Notes under the pieces: model-generated
The model's input: the letters and a program-made list of their open reading frames with translations, nothing else
Told to the model about the DNA's origin: nothing
Database searches by the model: none
Source of the DNA: Octopus bimaculoides
Lineage: Eukaryota
Direction of reading: 5' to 3'
DNA length: 64,000 nucleotides
Assembly (NCBI RefSeq): GCF_001194135.2
Contig: NC_068982.1
Coordinates: 138,278,964-138,342,963, forward strand
In this document: positions 49,062 through 62,276 of the stretch, in pieces
Position numbering within the stretch: position 1 is the first letter of the stretch
Layout: every line of letters begins with the position of its first letter
Position numbers and translations under genes: made by a program

Positions 49062-52000
49062 ACAAACAATGTCATTTACTTGCAGTCTTCTCTGAAAACA
49101 TGTCTGGCCTTGGGGAAATCTTATCTTGCTTGGAAATAGGAGAAGCTTGGCAACAGGAATGGCTTCTGGCTGTAGAAAATCTGCTGTCTGACTTGTGCAA
49201 GCATATAAAAATAGACTTTGAAATGATAATGACAACAATGATGATGATGATTGTAAATGTTTTCAGCTGGTGAACACAATTAGTTGACAATTAAACTAGC
49301 TGCTAAGAATATTACTAACTATCACTCTGTCTGTCTGTCTGTCTGTCTCTCTGTCTCTCTCTCTTTTATCCCTCTCTCTTACTCTCCCTCTCTCTTCCTC
49401 TCCCTCTCTCTTCCTCTCCCTCTCTCTTACTCTCTCCTTCTCTCTCCTTCGCTGTCTCTCTATATATGTATGCTGGGGCGTGGCCTCGAAGAATTCTTAT
49501 GCTGAATGAATTGACTCCAATACGTATTTTCTTTAAAGCCTGGTATTCTATCAGTTCCTTTTGCCAAACTGCTAAGTTATGGAGATGTAAACATTCTAAC
49601 ATCAGTTGTCAGCAGTGGTGGGGAACAAATGCATGTGCACGTGCACACACACACACACATACACACACACACGCATATAATGGGCTTCTTTCAGTTTCCG
49701 TCTACCCAATCCACTCACAAAGCTTTATTTAGCCCATGGCTATAGTAGAAGATACTTGTCTAAGGTGCCATGCAATAGGAGTGAACCTAGAACCATGTGG
49801 TTAGGAAGTCAGCATTTTACCACACATGCATAGACATGCACACACACACACACACACACACACGCAATGTAAGTATTTTTATATATATCATTTATGTATG
49901 TGTATATNNNNNNNNNNNNNNNNNNNNNNNNNNNNNNNNNNNNNNNNNNNNNNNNNNNNNNNNNATATATATATGTATATATACACATTTAAACACAAAA
50001 GAGGCGACCCTTAACTGGCAGCCTTACATGCTAGAAGGAGCAGTCAAAACGTTTTTGATGTTTTTGACATTGTGACTGCTTCTTCTAGTATATTAGGCTG
50101 CTTGTTAAGGGTCACCTCTTTTGTGCTTAAATGTACACTAATTTTATATATATATATATATATATAGTATATTGTATATATATGTGTGTGTATGTATGTG
50201 CAAACCCGTTGATCTAATTTATCGAAGTGCTCAATTGCTGACATAATCCCAACACGGGATTGAAACCAGTTCAGCTAATCTCTTTTTTTATGTCCTTGAA
50301 GACAATCTGCTTGTATGTATTTATGTATGTGTAATACAGACACTGTGGCACTGTTTATTTTTCATACTAAAAATTACTATGGAGTATACCCAAGGATTTT
50401 ATCCATCACAAAATTCATAAATTAATTACATAAGTTAATTAAATTCATTTGATACATGAAACAATCTGAAACATGGCAGATGTCTATGACTGTTTTGTGA
50501 TCTAGTAAATTTAATTAATTTATTAAATCAATTTATGAATGTTGTGATAATGAACTAGTATATGCCATAATGAACTAGTATATGTATGCATGTATGTATG
50601 TATGTATGTAGGTTATGTATGTACATATATATGTATGTAGGTACTTACGTAAATGTGTATGTATGAATGTATGTCTATATGTAGGTATATATGTATGTAT
50701 GTATGTGTATTTATATACACACAATTGTATCTATGTATGTGTGTATGTATGTATGTACGTACATATTATGTATACATGTATGCATGTGTGTGAGTGTGTA
50801 TATATACATGCATGCATGTATGAATGTATGTCTATAAGTATGTATTGTGTATTTGTATTTATACACACACATACAATTGTATCTGTGTGTTTGTGTGTGT
50901 ATGTACGTATTATGTATGTATGTATGTATGTATGCATGTATGTATGTATGTATGCATGTATGCATATATATTTATACACACACATACAATTGTATGTGTG
51001 TGTGTGTGTATGTGTGTGTGCACTTGCATGAAAACATTTTGTGTCATACTTTTTATTTGTCATAGGAATGGCAATCAGAGCAATTCCAGTTATAATGTTC
51101 AGCTGAACTAATTACTGCAGAAATATGTTAATTAATTAATTTCTTTCAGTCTATTTCTAGTAGTTAACATTTGGTAATTAACAGAATGAGACAATGATAA
51201 AAGGAAAGAGAGAGAGTATTTAATAATTTTGTTGTAACTTCTTAATCTCTTTCTGTGAGTCATTTAGTGTTAGGCAGATGGCAGAGTCGGTAGAGTGTCA
51301 AACAAAATACCTTGTGGTATTTGCTTATATTTCTTTATGTTCCAAGTTCATATCTCACTGAGGCTCATCATCATCATCATCATCATTACTTTAACCTCTA
51401 CTAATCCATGCTTGTACGGGTCTGATGGAATTTATCGAGGCACGTTCTTTATAGCCTGATGTCCTTCTTCTTACCAGCTCTTACCTGTTTTCAATCAAAA
51501 TAATTTTTCCCCATGGCCAGACACATTCACTTAGAAGATTGGAAATAAAGAACACTGCTTGTGTATTGGTGGCGCTCATTTACGACTACCATGCAATGTC
51601 AAAATGCGACACTAGCACTCTCTCTCTCTCTCTCTCACACACATACACACACAGTATGGCCTTCTTTCAGTTTCTTATTTCTTCATTGCCCACAAGGGGA
51701 TAAACATAGAGGGGACAAACAAGGACAGACAAAGGAATTAAGTCGATTACATCGACCTCAGTGCATAACTGGTACTTAATTTATCGACCCCGAAAGGATG
51801 AACGGCAAAGTCGACCTCGGCGGAATTTGAACTCAGAACGTAAAGACAGACGAAATACCGCTAAGCATTTTGCCCGACGTGCTAACGTTTCTGCCAGCTT
51901 GTCGCCTTCTTTCAGTTTCTGTTAACCAAATCCACTCACAAGGCTTTAGTCAACCCAGGGCTATTGTTGAAGACACTTGCCCAAGATGTCATACAGTGGG

Positions 52001-52156
52001 GCTGAACCTGAGACCTGTGACTGGGAAGCAAAATTCTTAACCACACAACCATGCCTGCACTTCTGGTTGACTTTTTTCTTTCTATTATTCTGTCATCATC
52101 ATCACCATCGTCATTGAACGTCCACTTTCCATGCTGGCATGGGTTGACCGGTACAT

Positions 52157-52188
<32 letters not shown>

Positions 52189-52629
52189 ATATGTATGAGT
52201 GTGTGTATCATTGTGATAAGAAATACATAATTTCTTTTCAGTTGCCTAGTGACTCTGACTAATGAGTGATAGACACATTTTCAAGAGAAACATTGCCAAC
52301 CAAATTAAGAACAAAAGAAAAAAAAAAATTAACGTTTTGTCTGAAGGAACTGGTTAGTCCCAGAACATCAATATCTCTTTCCCCCTCCCCTCTAAATATG
52401 CAAAAATCAAATTACATTATTACTTTACATCAAAAAAAAACAAAAATCTACCTGCAAAACATGGAATATTCTCACTGTTAAAGAGAACTTAGATTCTCAA
52501 GAGGCATCAATGATTTTCATGTGATGGTACCAAATTTTAAGCGATTGTGAATTCTGTAATTGCCATCTGTGCAGTTGATTAAGCATGGCAAAAAAAAAAA
52601 AAAAGAATAAAAAGGAAAAAGGGAGATAT

Positions 52630-53150
52630 ATAGAATTGATTTCCTGTGGAACTGCTGCAGATAGAATCAAGCATGGTTAAGCGAAAATCTTCCCTGTAAT
52701 TATTCTGTAGGTTAAAGGAAAAATACTGGATGGCAGTCAAAGCTAATTGCGATCCAAAAACACCCAACTGAATGGAAATAGTTAAAACTGTTACAAAATA
52801 CACCAAGAATACTTCGGCGAAAAGCTGATATAATAGGAAATAAAAAATTTATCACATTCACTAACGATAATTACAGTACTGCATTTGGTAGGTTTTAAAG
52901 CTGTGCCGATGAAAGGAAATGGTAGAAGAGTGGGTATAAATATATTCTGAGATTTAAAGAAACAGTTCAAGAGATCACTAATAATTGGTGTTAGTTGTAC
53001 AGCTTGTATATCTTGAATAAATGTTTTGCATTATGGCGCTGGAAGAATGGACATCTATGTTGAAAATTATTTTTCGAGTTTACCATTGCTTTCATGTGTA
53101 CATTGTGAGAACAGAGCAGCTGGAATGAATGTTGTCAGTTTATGGAGAAT
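52630..53150 (+). pseudogene. Decayed hAT-superfamily transposase fragment
   Basis: Fragments KFITFTNDNYSTAFG, IIGVSCTAC and KIIFRVYHCFHVYIVRTEQL resemble recalled hAT motifs (DNxxxNFG, CxxH, KIYxYFxxYTVR); stops and frameshifts. Confidence 0.6.
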
Positions 53151-53322
53151 AAATACCATTGTTGTTGTTGTTGTAACTGTTGTTTAGCACCAGGGTAGTG
53201 CGTTGGAAGAATCGCCAAAGAATCGCCAGAGTATTGGATGGACCCATTGGAATAGAATCTTTGAAACACCATATGGAAATTCTATTAGCTTAATGGTGGC
53301 AATAATAATAATAATAATAATA

Positions 53323-53760
53323 AATACCTATTGTCATAGGTGCCCTGGGAATGATAGCGAAACGGGCTGATTACTACCTAGCTCAGATACCAGGAAACCC
53401 CAAAATGGCTGAAATTCAAAAGATAGTGCTCATGGGAACTGCCCATATCCTACGTAAAATACTGTTNNNNNNNNNNTGGCTGAAATTCAAAAGATAGTGC
53501 TCATGGGAACTGCCCATATCCTACGTAAAATACTGTTTATGTGATCTCAAATTTTAAAGCAAACACATAATTTTCTTATGGTTTCTTAAACATTCTCTAG
53601 AACAACACTATGTACAAATCCAAAAATATGGTACCCTAGGCACAACATCTACATGAACTTCTAGCTTGTTGTCTCTTGAGGTCTCTGGGTGAGACTTGGA
53701 TCCAACTTGTACAAATGCAAAGCAAAAGTCAAACATAAAATAATGATGATGATGATGATG
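53323..53760 (+). mobile_element. R4/Dong-like LINE 3' end
   Basis: IPIVIGALGMIAKRADYYLAQIPGNPKMAEIQKIVLMGTAHILRKIL after (AAT)n; 3' UTR repeated at about 53790-53930. Confidence 0.7.
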
Positions 53761-53946
53761 ATGATTTCTAATTTACCTATGTTTTGACAGACATTCTCTA
53801 AAACAATATCTGCGTAAAACCAAATATATGGTACCCTAGTGATAACACCAACTTGAACTTGTCGTCTCTTGAGGTTTCTGGGTGAGACTTAGAGTCAACT
53901 TGTATAAATATAAAGCAAAAGGCAAACACATAATAATAATAATAAT

Positions 53947-53979
<33 letters not shown>

Positions 53980-54283
53980 CTGCTTAATACCACAGATTTG
54001 CTTGTCAGTTGTTTGACCATGCCCAGATGCAGTACCAGACAGTGGCTCGCATGGCTTCTGATCTTAACTGATTGGAAGTGTCATCATGTACATTGTTTTG
54101 TCTTGGTATAAAAAGATGGGCTACAGCAAATATTCTGCTCAATACCACAGATTTGCTGGTCCGTTGTTTGACCGTAACCAGTTGAACATGTCCCTCAGAA
54201 TGTAGCGATGGACAAAATACCGCTAAGCGTTTCATCCAGTGTGCTAATGATTCTGCCAGCCCTCAGCCTTAATAATAATAATG

Positions 54284-54320
<37 letters not shown>

Positions 54321-55203
54321 TAATAATAAAAATATGTAACAATCCTTTATATTTAGAATACATTTATTAACATTATTTCTTCATGTTTTTTTGTAAAGTG
54401 TAGAATATTGTATGCGCTCTTTGAAATATTCTCTTTTATTCCATATTGTCATCCATTCTGTTCCATACCATTCCATTCTGTTCTGTACCATTCCATTCTC
54501 TTCAATTCTTTTTTCTATTCCGTTCCATTCCATTCCGTCCTATTCTCTTCCATTCCATTCTGTTCTGGTCTAATTCCATCAGGAATATAAAGTTTCCTGC
54601 AAGGTTAAGACAATGTTTTCTCAGACAGACGCCCAGTTTCACTGGAAAATTTCCTCTCAATCAGATTTCTCATTCTCTTTTTCTGCACCCCCCCTCATTC
54701 TCTAACAACACCATTATTATTATGCCAGCCTGGAAGCACTTTACATTTGTTTGTCACTTGTTTTTATTTGTTTCTTCCGTATTTCTTTCTTTTTCCTTCA
54801 TTCGTTCTTTCTTTCTTTCTTTCTTTCTTTCTTTACTCTTCTATCTGCTTGTCTTTGTGTCCTTCATTTGTTCCCCTCTTCCTCTCCCCTTCTTCTTCTC
54901 TCTGTCTCAGTCTGTCTTTTATACCTTTCTCTCTCTCCTTCCTTTATTGTTTTCCTCCCTCCNNNNNNNNNNNNNNNNNNNNNNNNNNNNNNNNNNNNNN
55001 NNNNNNNNNNNNNNNNNNNNNNNNNNNNNNNNNNNNNNNNNNNNNNNNNNNNNNNNNNNNNNNNNNNNNNNNNNNNNNNNNNNNNNNNNNNNNNNNNNNN
55101 NNNNNNNNNNNNNNNNNNNNTAGTGACAAGATCAATGCCATTTTGAAGAGTTGTCAGGAGGATATTCTTCAACAGCTGATTTCATTGTTTGCTCACTTCA
55201 AGC

Positions 55204-55240
<37 letters not shown>

Positions 55241-55350
55241 ATGTGTGTGTGTGTGTGTGTCTGTGTGTACATTTGAATATTTGAAGTGTTCTTTACATGT
55301 GGGACTTACAAGAGAGAGAGAGAGGGGGAATGGGGGGAGCAATGTCTTAC

Positions 55351-55444
55351 CTTGTCTCTGATACTTTAGGACTCCACCAACCTACATATGGTATATGTAT
55401 CATTATGATTGAACTGCAAGTGGCTTGTTGCTCTTTGAGAAAAT
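55351..55444 (-). CDS. Candidate next exon of the minus-strand gene
   Basis: cctacag|AT...ACAAG|gtaaga; only the phase-1 frame is open: (D)FLKEQQATCSSIIMIHIPYVGWWSPKVSET; phase matches the 58980 donor. Confidence 0.33.
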
Positions 55445-55559
55445 CTGTAGGTGACATATTTGATTTCTTGTTATGTCTACACAATTGTTACACAAGTTTA
55501 TACATGATACACACATACATATGTACTTACATACATAGATACATATATATACAACAGAC

Positions 55560-55890
55560 CTGATATAATGATTTGGGATAGAGAAGAGAAACTGTGCACA
55601 GTTGTAGAAATTAGCTACTTAGCGGATGTTAATATAAAGCTGAAGATCAGTGAAAAAGAGAATAGCTATGCTGAACTACTGAGAAATCTGTGGCTATTCT
55701 ATCCAGATTACAAGTTCAGGTTTATACCTGTAATTATTAGGGCCCTGGGATATGTAACAAACTGCCTAAATACCAATCTTGAGAAATTAGGCTTCTCAAA
55801 ACCAGAAAGGAGAAAGCTAATTTGAAGTCTACAGATCCAATCCATCACTGGAACTGTAAAGATCTGTAAAACTTTCCAGAGGTTTATCAT
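55560..55890 (+). mobile_element. REL-endonuclease LINE remnant (R2/R4/NeSL-type)
   Basis: IWDREEKLCTVVEISYLADVN..EKENSYAELLRNL..FIPVIIRALGYV. Confidence 0.65.
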
Positions 55891-55989
55891 TTAAATATAT
55901 CTGAGCATGTCTAGATATGCAACAATATGCATAAGAATACATACATAAAATATTACAAATCTGCACATACATACATCCATACATACATG

Positions 55990-56440
55990 ATGGCCATCCA
56001 CTTGTGACCGAGGAAGACCATTGCTGACCTTCAGAAACATTGAGCGCTCTAGGACTAACTTATATTTTGCATTTGTGGCTCCGGTGGTGGCTAATGAGCT
56101 CTGCTCTTGACAAGCATACACGACTGCAAACATTGCAGACCAAGCTTTCCCCATTCACCATACGAGCCGTGCGCTTTCGCGCAGCACGCTTAAATTCTTC
56201 ATGCAGAATACGTGCTCTCTCAAAAGTGTCGATCCCCTTCTTAACCTGCTTCCTTCATCTGTGGCGATGACAGGCATTGTTCTCCCAATCAGTGTCCTGC
56301 ATATCACAGGCGTTTAATGATGACTTGACACAGTCCTTAAATCGCAGCCTTGGTTTCTGCTGGAGTCTCCTTCCATTCACAAGTTCTCCATATAGCATCT
56401 GCTTAAGAATCCTGCTATCCTTCATACATACATACATAAC
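55990..56440 (-). mobile_element. RTE-clade LINE 3' remnant
   Basis: MKDSRILKQMLYGELVNGRRLQQKPRLRFKDCVKSSL. Confidence 0.8.
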
Positions 56441-58979
56441 CTGTGTTGATGTTGAAATTCCAATGAAGGAGATTTAGATCTGCCTTTAATACCTGTTCTT
56501 CATGCCCAACCTTTATCATTGGCTCCAATGCCCATCTAATAAATTTACACCCAATAGAAAGACCTGGGATTCCTTAATTAAAAATACCCTAATTGATTAC
56601 GAAGATAGGCATAGGTGTGGCTATGTGGTAAACAGCTTGCTTCCCAACCACACAGTTCTGGTTTCAGTCCCAATGTGTGGTACCTTGGGCCAGTATCTTC
56701 TACTATTACCTTGGGGGTAATAGTAGAGGGTGAAGGCGCATGGCTCAGTGTGAATGTCCCGATGTGAAGGCGCATGGCTCGGTGGTTGGAGCGTTGAGCT
56801 TGCAATTGTGAGGCTGAGAGTTCGATTCCTGGACCGGGCTATGTGTTGTGTTCTTGAGCAAGACACTTTATTTCATGTTACTCCAGTTCACTCAGCTGTA
56901 GAAATGAGTTGCGACATCACTGGTGCCAAGCTGTATCGGCCCCTTTGCGTTTCCCTTGGAAAACATCAGTGGTGTGGAGAGGGGAGGCCGGTATGCATGG
57001 GCGATTGCTGGCCTTCCACAAACAACCTTGCCTGGATTTGTGCTTCGAAGGGTAACTTTCTAGGTTCAATCCCATGGTCATTCATGACAACCAGTGTATG
57101 ACAACCAGTGTTGGTATGTTTACATCCCTTTAATGTAACCATTCAGCAAAAGGGGCCAATTGAAAAATTATCAGGCTTAAACAAAAACAAAAAAACAAAG
57201 TTGTGGGGTGGATTCATTTGACTAAATCAGATTTCTGCAAGGTGGTGCTCCAGCATGGCCAGAGTCTAATGACAGAAACAAATTAAAGGTAAGGCAACGA
57301 GCTGTTAGAAATGTTAGCACGCCGGGCGAAATGCTTAGCGGTATTTCGTCTGTCTTTACGTTCTGAGTTCAAATTCCACTGAGGTCGACTTTGCCTTTCA
57401 TCCTTTTGGGGTCAATAAATTAAGTACCAGTTGCGTACTGGGGTTGATCTAATCGACTGGCCCCCACCCCCTCCCCATGAATTTCGGGTCTTGTGCCTAG
57501 AGTAGAAAAGAATATTTGGGCCCAAAACCCAGTTGAACCGTCCAACCCATGGAAAACGAACGTTAAACGATAATGATGATGATGATGACGATGATGATGA
57601 TGACGATGATGATGATGACGATGATGATGATGACGATGATGATGATGATGATGAAAGGTGGCGAGGTGACAGAAACGTTAGCATGCTGGTCAAAATGCTT
57701 AGTGGTATTTCGTCTGTCTTTACGTTCTGAGTTCAAATTCCACCGAGGTCGACTCTTTCATCCTTTCGGGTCGATGANNNNNNNNNNNNNNNNNNNNNNN
57801 NNNNNNNNNNNNNNNNNNNNNNNNNNAAAAATTTCGGGCCTTGTGCCTAGAGTAGAAAACAAACAAATTAAAGATGAAAGACAAATTTCAATTTTACCAA
57901 TTTTTTTTGTCATTTCCTTTGAAACTGAAATTTTTTGTTTTCTCTTTTTTTTTTTAGCTCCTCATTTGTCATTTTTCATTTTCTGCTTCGGCTCCAAATT
58001 TGCCCAACACAACACACATTTGGGATTTGGCACCAGCTAAACACTGTACATAATTGGCTGTGTGCGTGTGTGTGTGTGCTTGTGCCTTTGTGCCTGTGTG
58101 CATACACCTGCTCTGTGTCATGTATGTGTGTGTGTGTGTGTGGTAGCGGCATATGAATGTGCGTTTGTGTGTGTGTGTGTGTGTATGTGTGTGTTTGTGT
58201 ATGTGTGTGTGTGTGTATATGTGTGCATGTGTGGTGGGGGCGTATGACTGCATGCTGCTACAAAACGTGTGTGTGTGTGTGTGTGTAAGTGGATGTGTGC
58301 ATACACCAGCTAAACAGTGAGTGTATGTGTGGCTGTGTTCATGTACCTGCTGTGCATAATATTTGTATGTGTGTGTGTGCCTGTCTGGATGTGTACACAT
58401 TCCTCCTAAACGTGTACACATGTACACACATTAAAATTGATTCTTGGCTGGAAACTTACAACACACACTCGTACACACACACACACACACACACATAAAT
58501 AAATGAAAATTTAAAAGAAAGTTAAAATAGAAAATTGATTTTTTTTTAAAGCAAGTTTATTTTATAAGCAAGTTTATTTTATAACAACAACAAAAACAAT
58601 AACAATGATAATGATGATGATGATTATGATGAATAACAATAATCATAATAATATTTTCTTTCTTCTTTGGAGATTGGAAATTGATTTCTTTAGAAAAGGA
58701 CTCGTGTAATTTGAAACCCTGTGGGGAGGTTTTTCATTTCTTTTCGAAAAACTGAAGCCAGAATTATTTTTGCATTTAGATTCGAGATGAATTTTTAAAA
58801 ATTATTTCTGTTTAGCTTTTAATTGTTTTTTTTTTTGCGTTTTGTTTTTTTTGCCATGAGTTAAGTCAAAAGTTACATCATAATTAACGATCTCAATAAC
58901 CTGTCTGTTTAACAGTAGACTGTTTTCGGAATAAATATTTAATAGTATTTAGTCTTTCTTTTTTCTCTCTCTCTCTCAC

Positions 58980-59126
58980 CAGCTCTTTTGGTTTTGAGGT
59001 TATTTAAAGTCTGTTTGGCTTTCTTTAAACTCTGATTGCACCCATGGCCTTTGCAAGTCCCGTCAAGACCAGTGAGAGCAATCTGCAAGTGATTGATCTC
59101 CATCTTGAATAAATGCAAATCAGAGA
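58980..59126 (-). CDS. Candidate internal exon of an unidentified minus-strand gene (coiled-coil-like)
   Basis: Minus strand: tttaatctttccttccag|TC...GCTG|gtgaga; 147 nt, phase 1 to 1; SDLHLFKMEINHLQIALTGLDGTCKGHGCNQSLKKAKQTLNNLKTKRA; the other two frames contain stops. Confidence 0.5.
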
Positions 59127-59699
59127 CTGGAAGGAAAGATTAAAATCTAAAAAAAAAAAAAAAAATTGGAGGTGGTCAGTGGCTATTTTTTAAAAATCTT
59201 TTCCAATCAGGAAGAAAGGTAGAGCCTGTAGTAATTAGGCACAGGGTATGGCTGTGTGGTAAGAAGTTTGCTTCCCAACCGCATGGCTCTGGGTTCAGTC
59301 CCACTGCGTGGCACCTTGCACAAGCATCTTCTTTCTTGGCCTCAGGCTGACCAAAGTCTTATGATTGGATTTGGTAGACTGAAATTGAAAGAAGCCTGTT
59401 CTGTATCCTCCTCCTCCTCCTCCTCCTCCTCCTCCTTATCATCACCACCACCACAACCACCATCATCGTTTAATGTCCATTTTCAATGCCGGCATGGGTT
59501 GGACAGCTTGACCCAGAGCTGTCAAGCTGGAGAACTGCACCAAGCTCTGGTCTGCTTTGGCATGGTTTCTACGGCTGGATGCCCTTCCTGACATGCCAAC
59601 CACTTTTACAGAATGTGCTTAAGTGCTTTTGCATGGTACTGCATGAATGCTTTTTATGTGACACTGGCTCAGGATTCTTGTAGGCTAATCCTCTTCTGC

Positions 59700-59910
59700 T
59701 GTGGAGATGCACTTACCTCTTCTGCTGTGGAGTACGAGAATTCTTGAATACAGCCAGGTACCATGTATCTTGGGTCTTTGTCATCTTGTCTGAAAGGTTC
59801 AGTGTCCTGAGGTTGTCCTTTAGTACTTCGTCCCATGTCTTTCTGGGTTACCCTCTTCCACACGTGACATCTACTTTGAGAGATCGGCGCTTCTTTATGA
59901 AGCTGTTTAC
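59700..59910 (-). mobile_element. RTE-clade LINE C-terminal remnant
   Basis: RSLKVDVTCGRG*PRKTWDEVLKDNLRTLNLSDKMT...W, next to family-D tails. Confidence 0.7.
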
Positions 59911-60860
59911 ACATCATCATCAACATCATTATCATTATCATCATTGTTTAACGTCCACCTTCCATGCTGGCATGGGTTGGACAGCAGCTGACCAGGCAGA
60001 AGCCTGCACCAGACTTCTGTAACTGTTTTGGCAGGGTTTTTACAGCCGGATGCCCTTCCTAACACCAACCACCCAGCAGAGTGGACTGAGTGCTTTTCAT
60101 GGCACAATCACAGGCAGGGTCAGCTTTGGCAAAGTCTCTACAGCTGGATGCCCTTCCAGGGTGGGTGGCTGATGGCTTCAGTCAAGCTTTGTAAGGGGTT
60201 AGTGATTATTGGGAGCTGATATATTTTCTGGTTCTGAAGAAAGTTAGTTTTTTTACTGTTTCTGTTATTTTCTCTTAGTTAAAATTATCATAATTGTTGT
60301 TTAACGTCTGTTTTTCATGCTGGCATGGGTTGGATGGTTTGATTGAGGTCTGGAGAGCCAGCGGCTGCACCAGGCTCCAATCTGATCTGGTAATGTCTCT
60401 ACAGCCCTTCCTAACGCCAACCTCTCCGAGAGTGTAGTGGGTGCTTTTTACGGGTACAGAGGCCAGTCAGGCGGGCCTGGCATTGATCATGTTTGGATAG
60501 TGCTTTTTATGTGGTACCAGCATGAAGGCCAGTCAGGGGGTACTGGCATCGACCACGTTCAGATGGTGCTTTTTACTTGCTACCGGCAAGGGAGCCAGTC
60601 AGGCAGACCTGGACTCAACTGCATTTGGATGATGCTTTTTATGTGTCACCGGCATGGGAGCCAGTCAAGGGGCACTGGCCAAAATATAAGTATATAATTA
60701 CTAATAATCCTGCATTGGGATTTCATTAGCAACAGGGTAACATCTTATTAGTACCAATAATATACCGAATTAATTAAACTGAATTGATTAATACTTAATT
60801 AATTAAACAGACTATATCTCAACTGTCAAACAGTAGTTATGTGTTCAGTCGAAAGGAAGA

Positions 60861-61332
60861 CAGGTTGTTGTCGACTTACAACCTATCTGACTTCGGATCA
60901 GTCAAGTTTACGATGATTGGTGTGCCAGCTCCCGGCAGCAGTAATAGATAATCCAGTTGAAATCTAATGAGTTTAGTTTCTTAGAAATTAACTCGTCTAT
61001 GGATGATGTCAACCAACATACGCTTCCCCTAGATTTGGTTATCAATCGCCACTGTGTTGGTTGACTATCCTGTTGTGGAGACATCGAGGCAACCTCGTAT
61101 TTGTTTATAAGATGACTGCTTGAGACTCTGAAATTTTTGACTAATTCCAGTATAATAGTATAATACAGAATGCTGCGTGTCTTCTACCTGAGAATTTACT
61201 TTAAGAAAGTAAAAATGTAAAAGAAAGCTATGCAGGCCTATAAGCTGACTTAAGACTAAATTGACTTATGACCAAATTGACTTATGACCAATCAACTCGA
61301 ACCAATTGTGGTTGTAAGTCGATAACGACCTG
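60861..61332. mobile_element. pogo/Tigger-like non-autonomous element
   Basis: TIRs caggttgttgtcgacttacaacc / ggttgtaagtcgataacgacctg|ta; subterminal gacttatgacca repeats. Confidence 0.7.
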
Positions 61333-62230
61333 TATCGTTATTTATGACAGAATCTGTAGAGCAACATTAAAAAAAAATACCTAGTGGTTTTAAATTATGG
61401 TTTACATTTTAGGTTAAAATCTTACAAAGGTCAACTCTGCCTTCCATTTTTCTACTTTGGTTTTACAATGCACTTTTTTTCCCTCCAAAAATGATTTTAA
61501 AAAATCACCCTAGGTTTTATATGTTAAATTTCTTTAAATAGAAAATGGTTTAATGCACTAAAAACTTCTTTCCTGAATATGTGCTGTTGAAATTGGGGTA
61601 CATGTCACATGTATGGTGTGTTTGTCTTTTATACCATCAAATACAGTACCTGTTAATTATTGGCAGTGATTTAGTGTTCCTTTAGTGTTTAAACCGGCCA
61701 TATCCAGCCCAGATATTCTACATATTTTATATTCAAACTGGCGATATCTAGCCTCTCATACATAACCTACATTGACATTCTAAAAATAAACAATCACATC
61801 ATTGAAACCTCAAAGCTATAAGATAATGCATGATTAATTAAAAACGATTTGAGTGAAAAAGTATTACATTTAACAGAGTAATCAACGCTAAAGGGTTAAT
61901 GTTTCTTTAGATCAGTGGTTATCAGCCAGGGTCCATATGATCCTTCGAGATCCATACAGGAGATTTTGTTGTTGAAATTTAACAGTGATAAACTGATTAT
62001 ACTTCTACAACACACAAAATATTTTAACAATTTTTTTTTTATATAATTCTTAATAATATATAATTATAGGCACTAGAGCAGCTGTGTGGTAAGAAGCTTG
62101 CTTACCAACCATATGGTTCCGGGTTCAGTCCCACTGCATGGCACCTTGGGCAAGTGTCTTCTACTATAGCCTTGGGCTGACTAGAGCCTTGTGAGTGGAT
62201 TTGGTAGATGGAAACTGTAAGAAGTTCATC

Positions 62231-62276
<46 letters not shown>

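Noticed and set aside
54580-54700. NIKFP and DRRPVSLENFLSIRF resembling the next TXNDC11 exon
   Set aside because: The two motifs are in different frames and neither fits the required phase-2 acceptor cleanly; probably chance.
58983-59130. Strong plus-strand acceptor (ctctctcaccag) as a TXNDC11 exon
   Set aside because: All three plus-strand frames hit stops within 55 nt.
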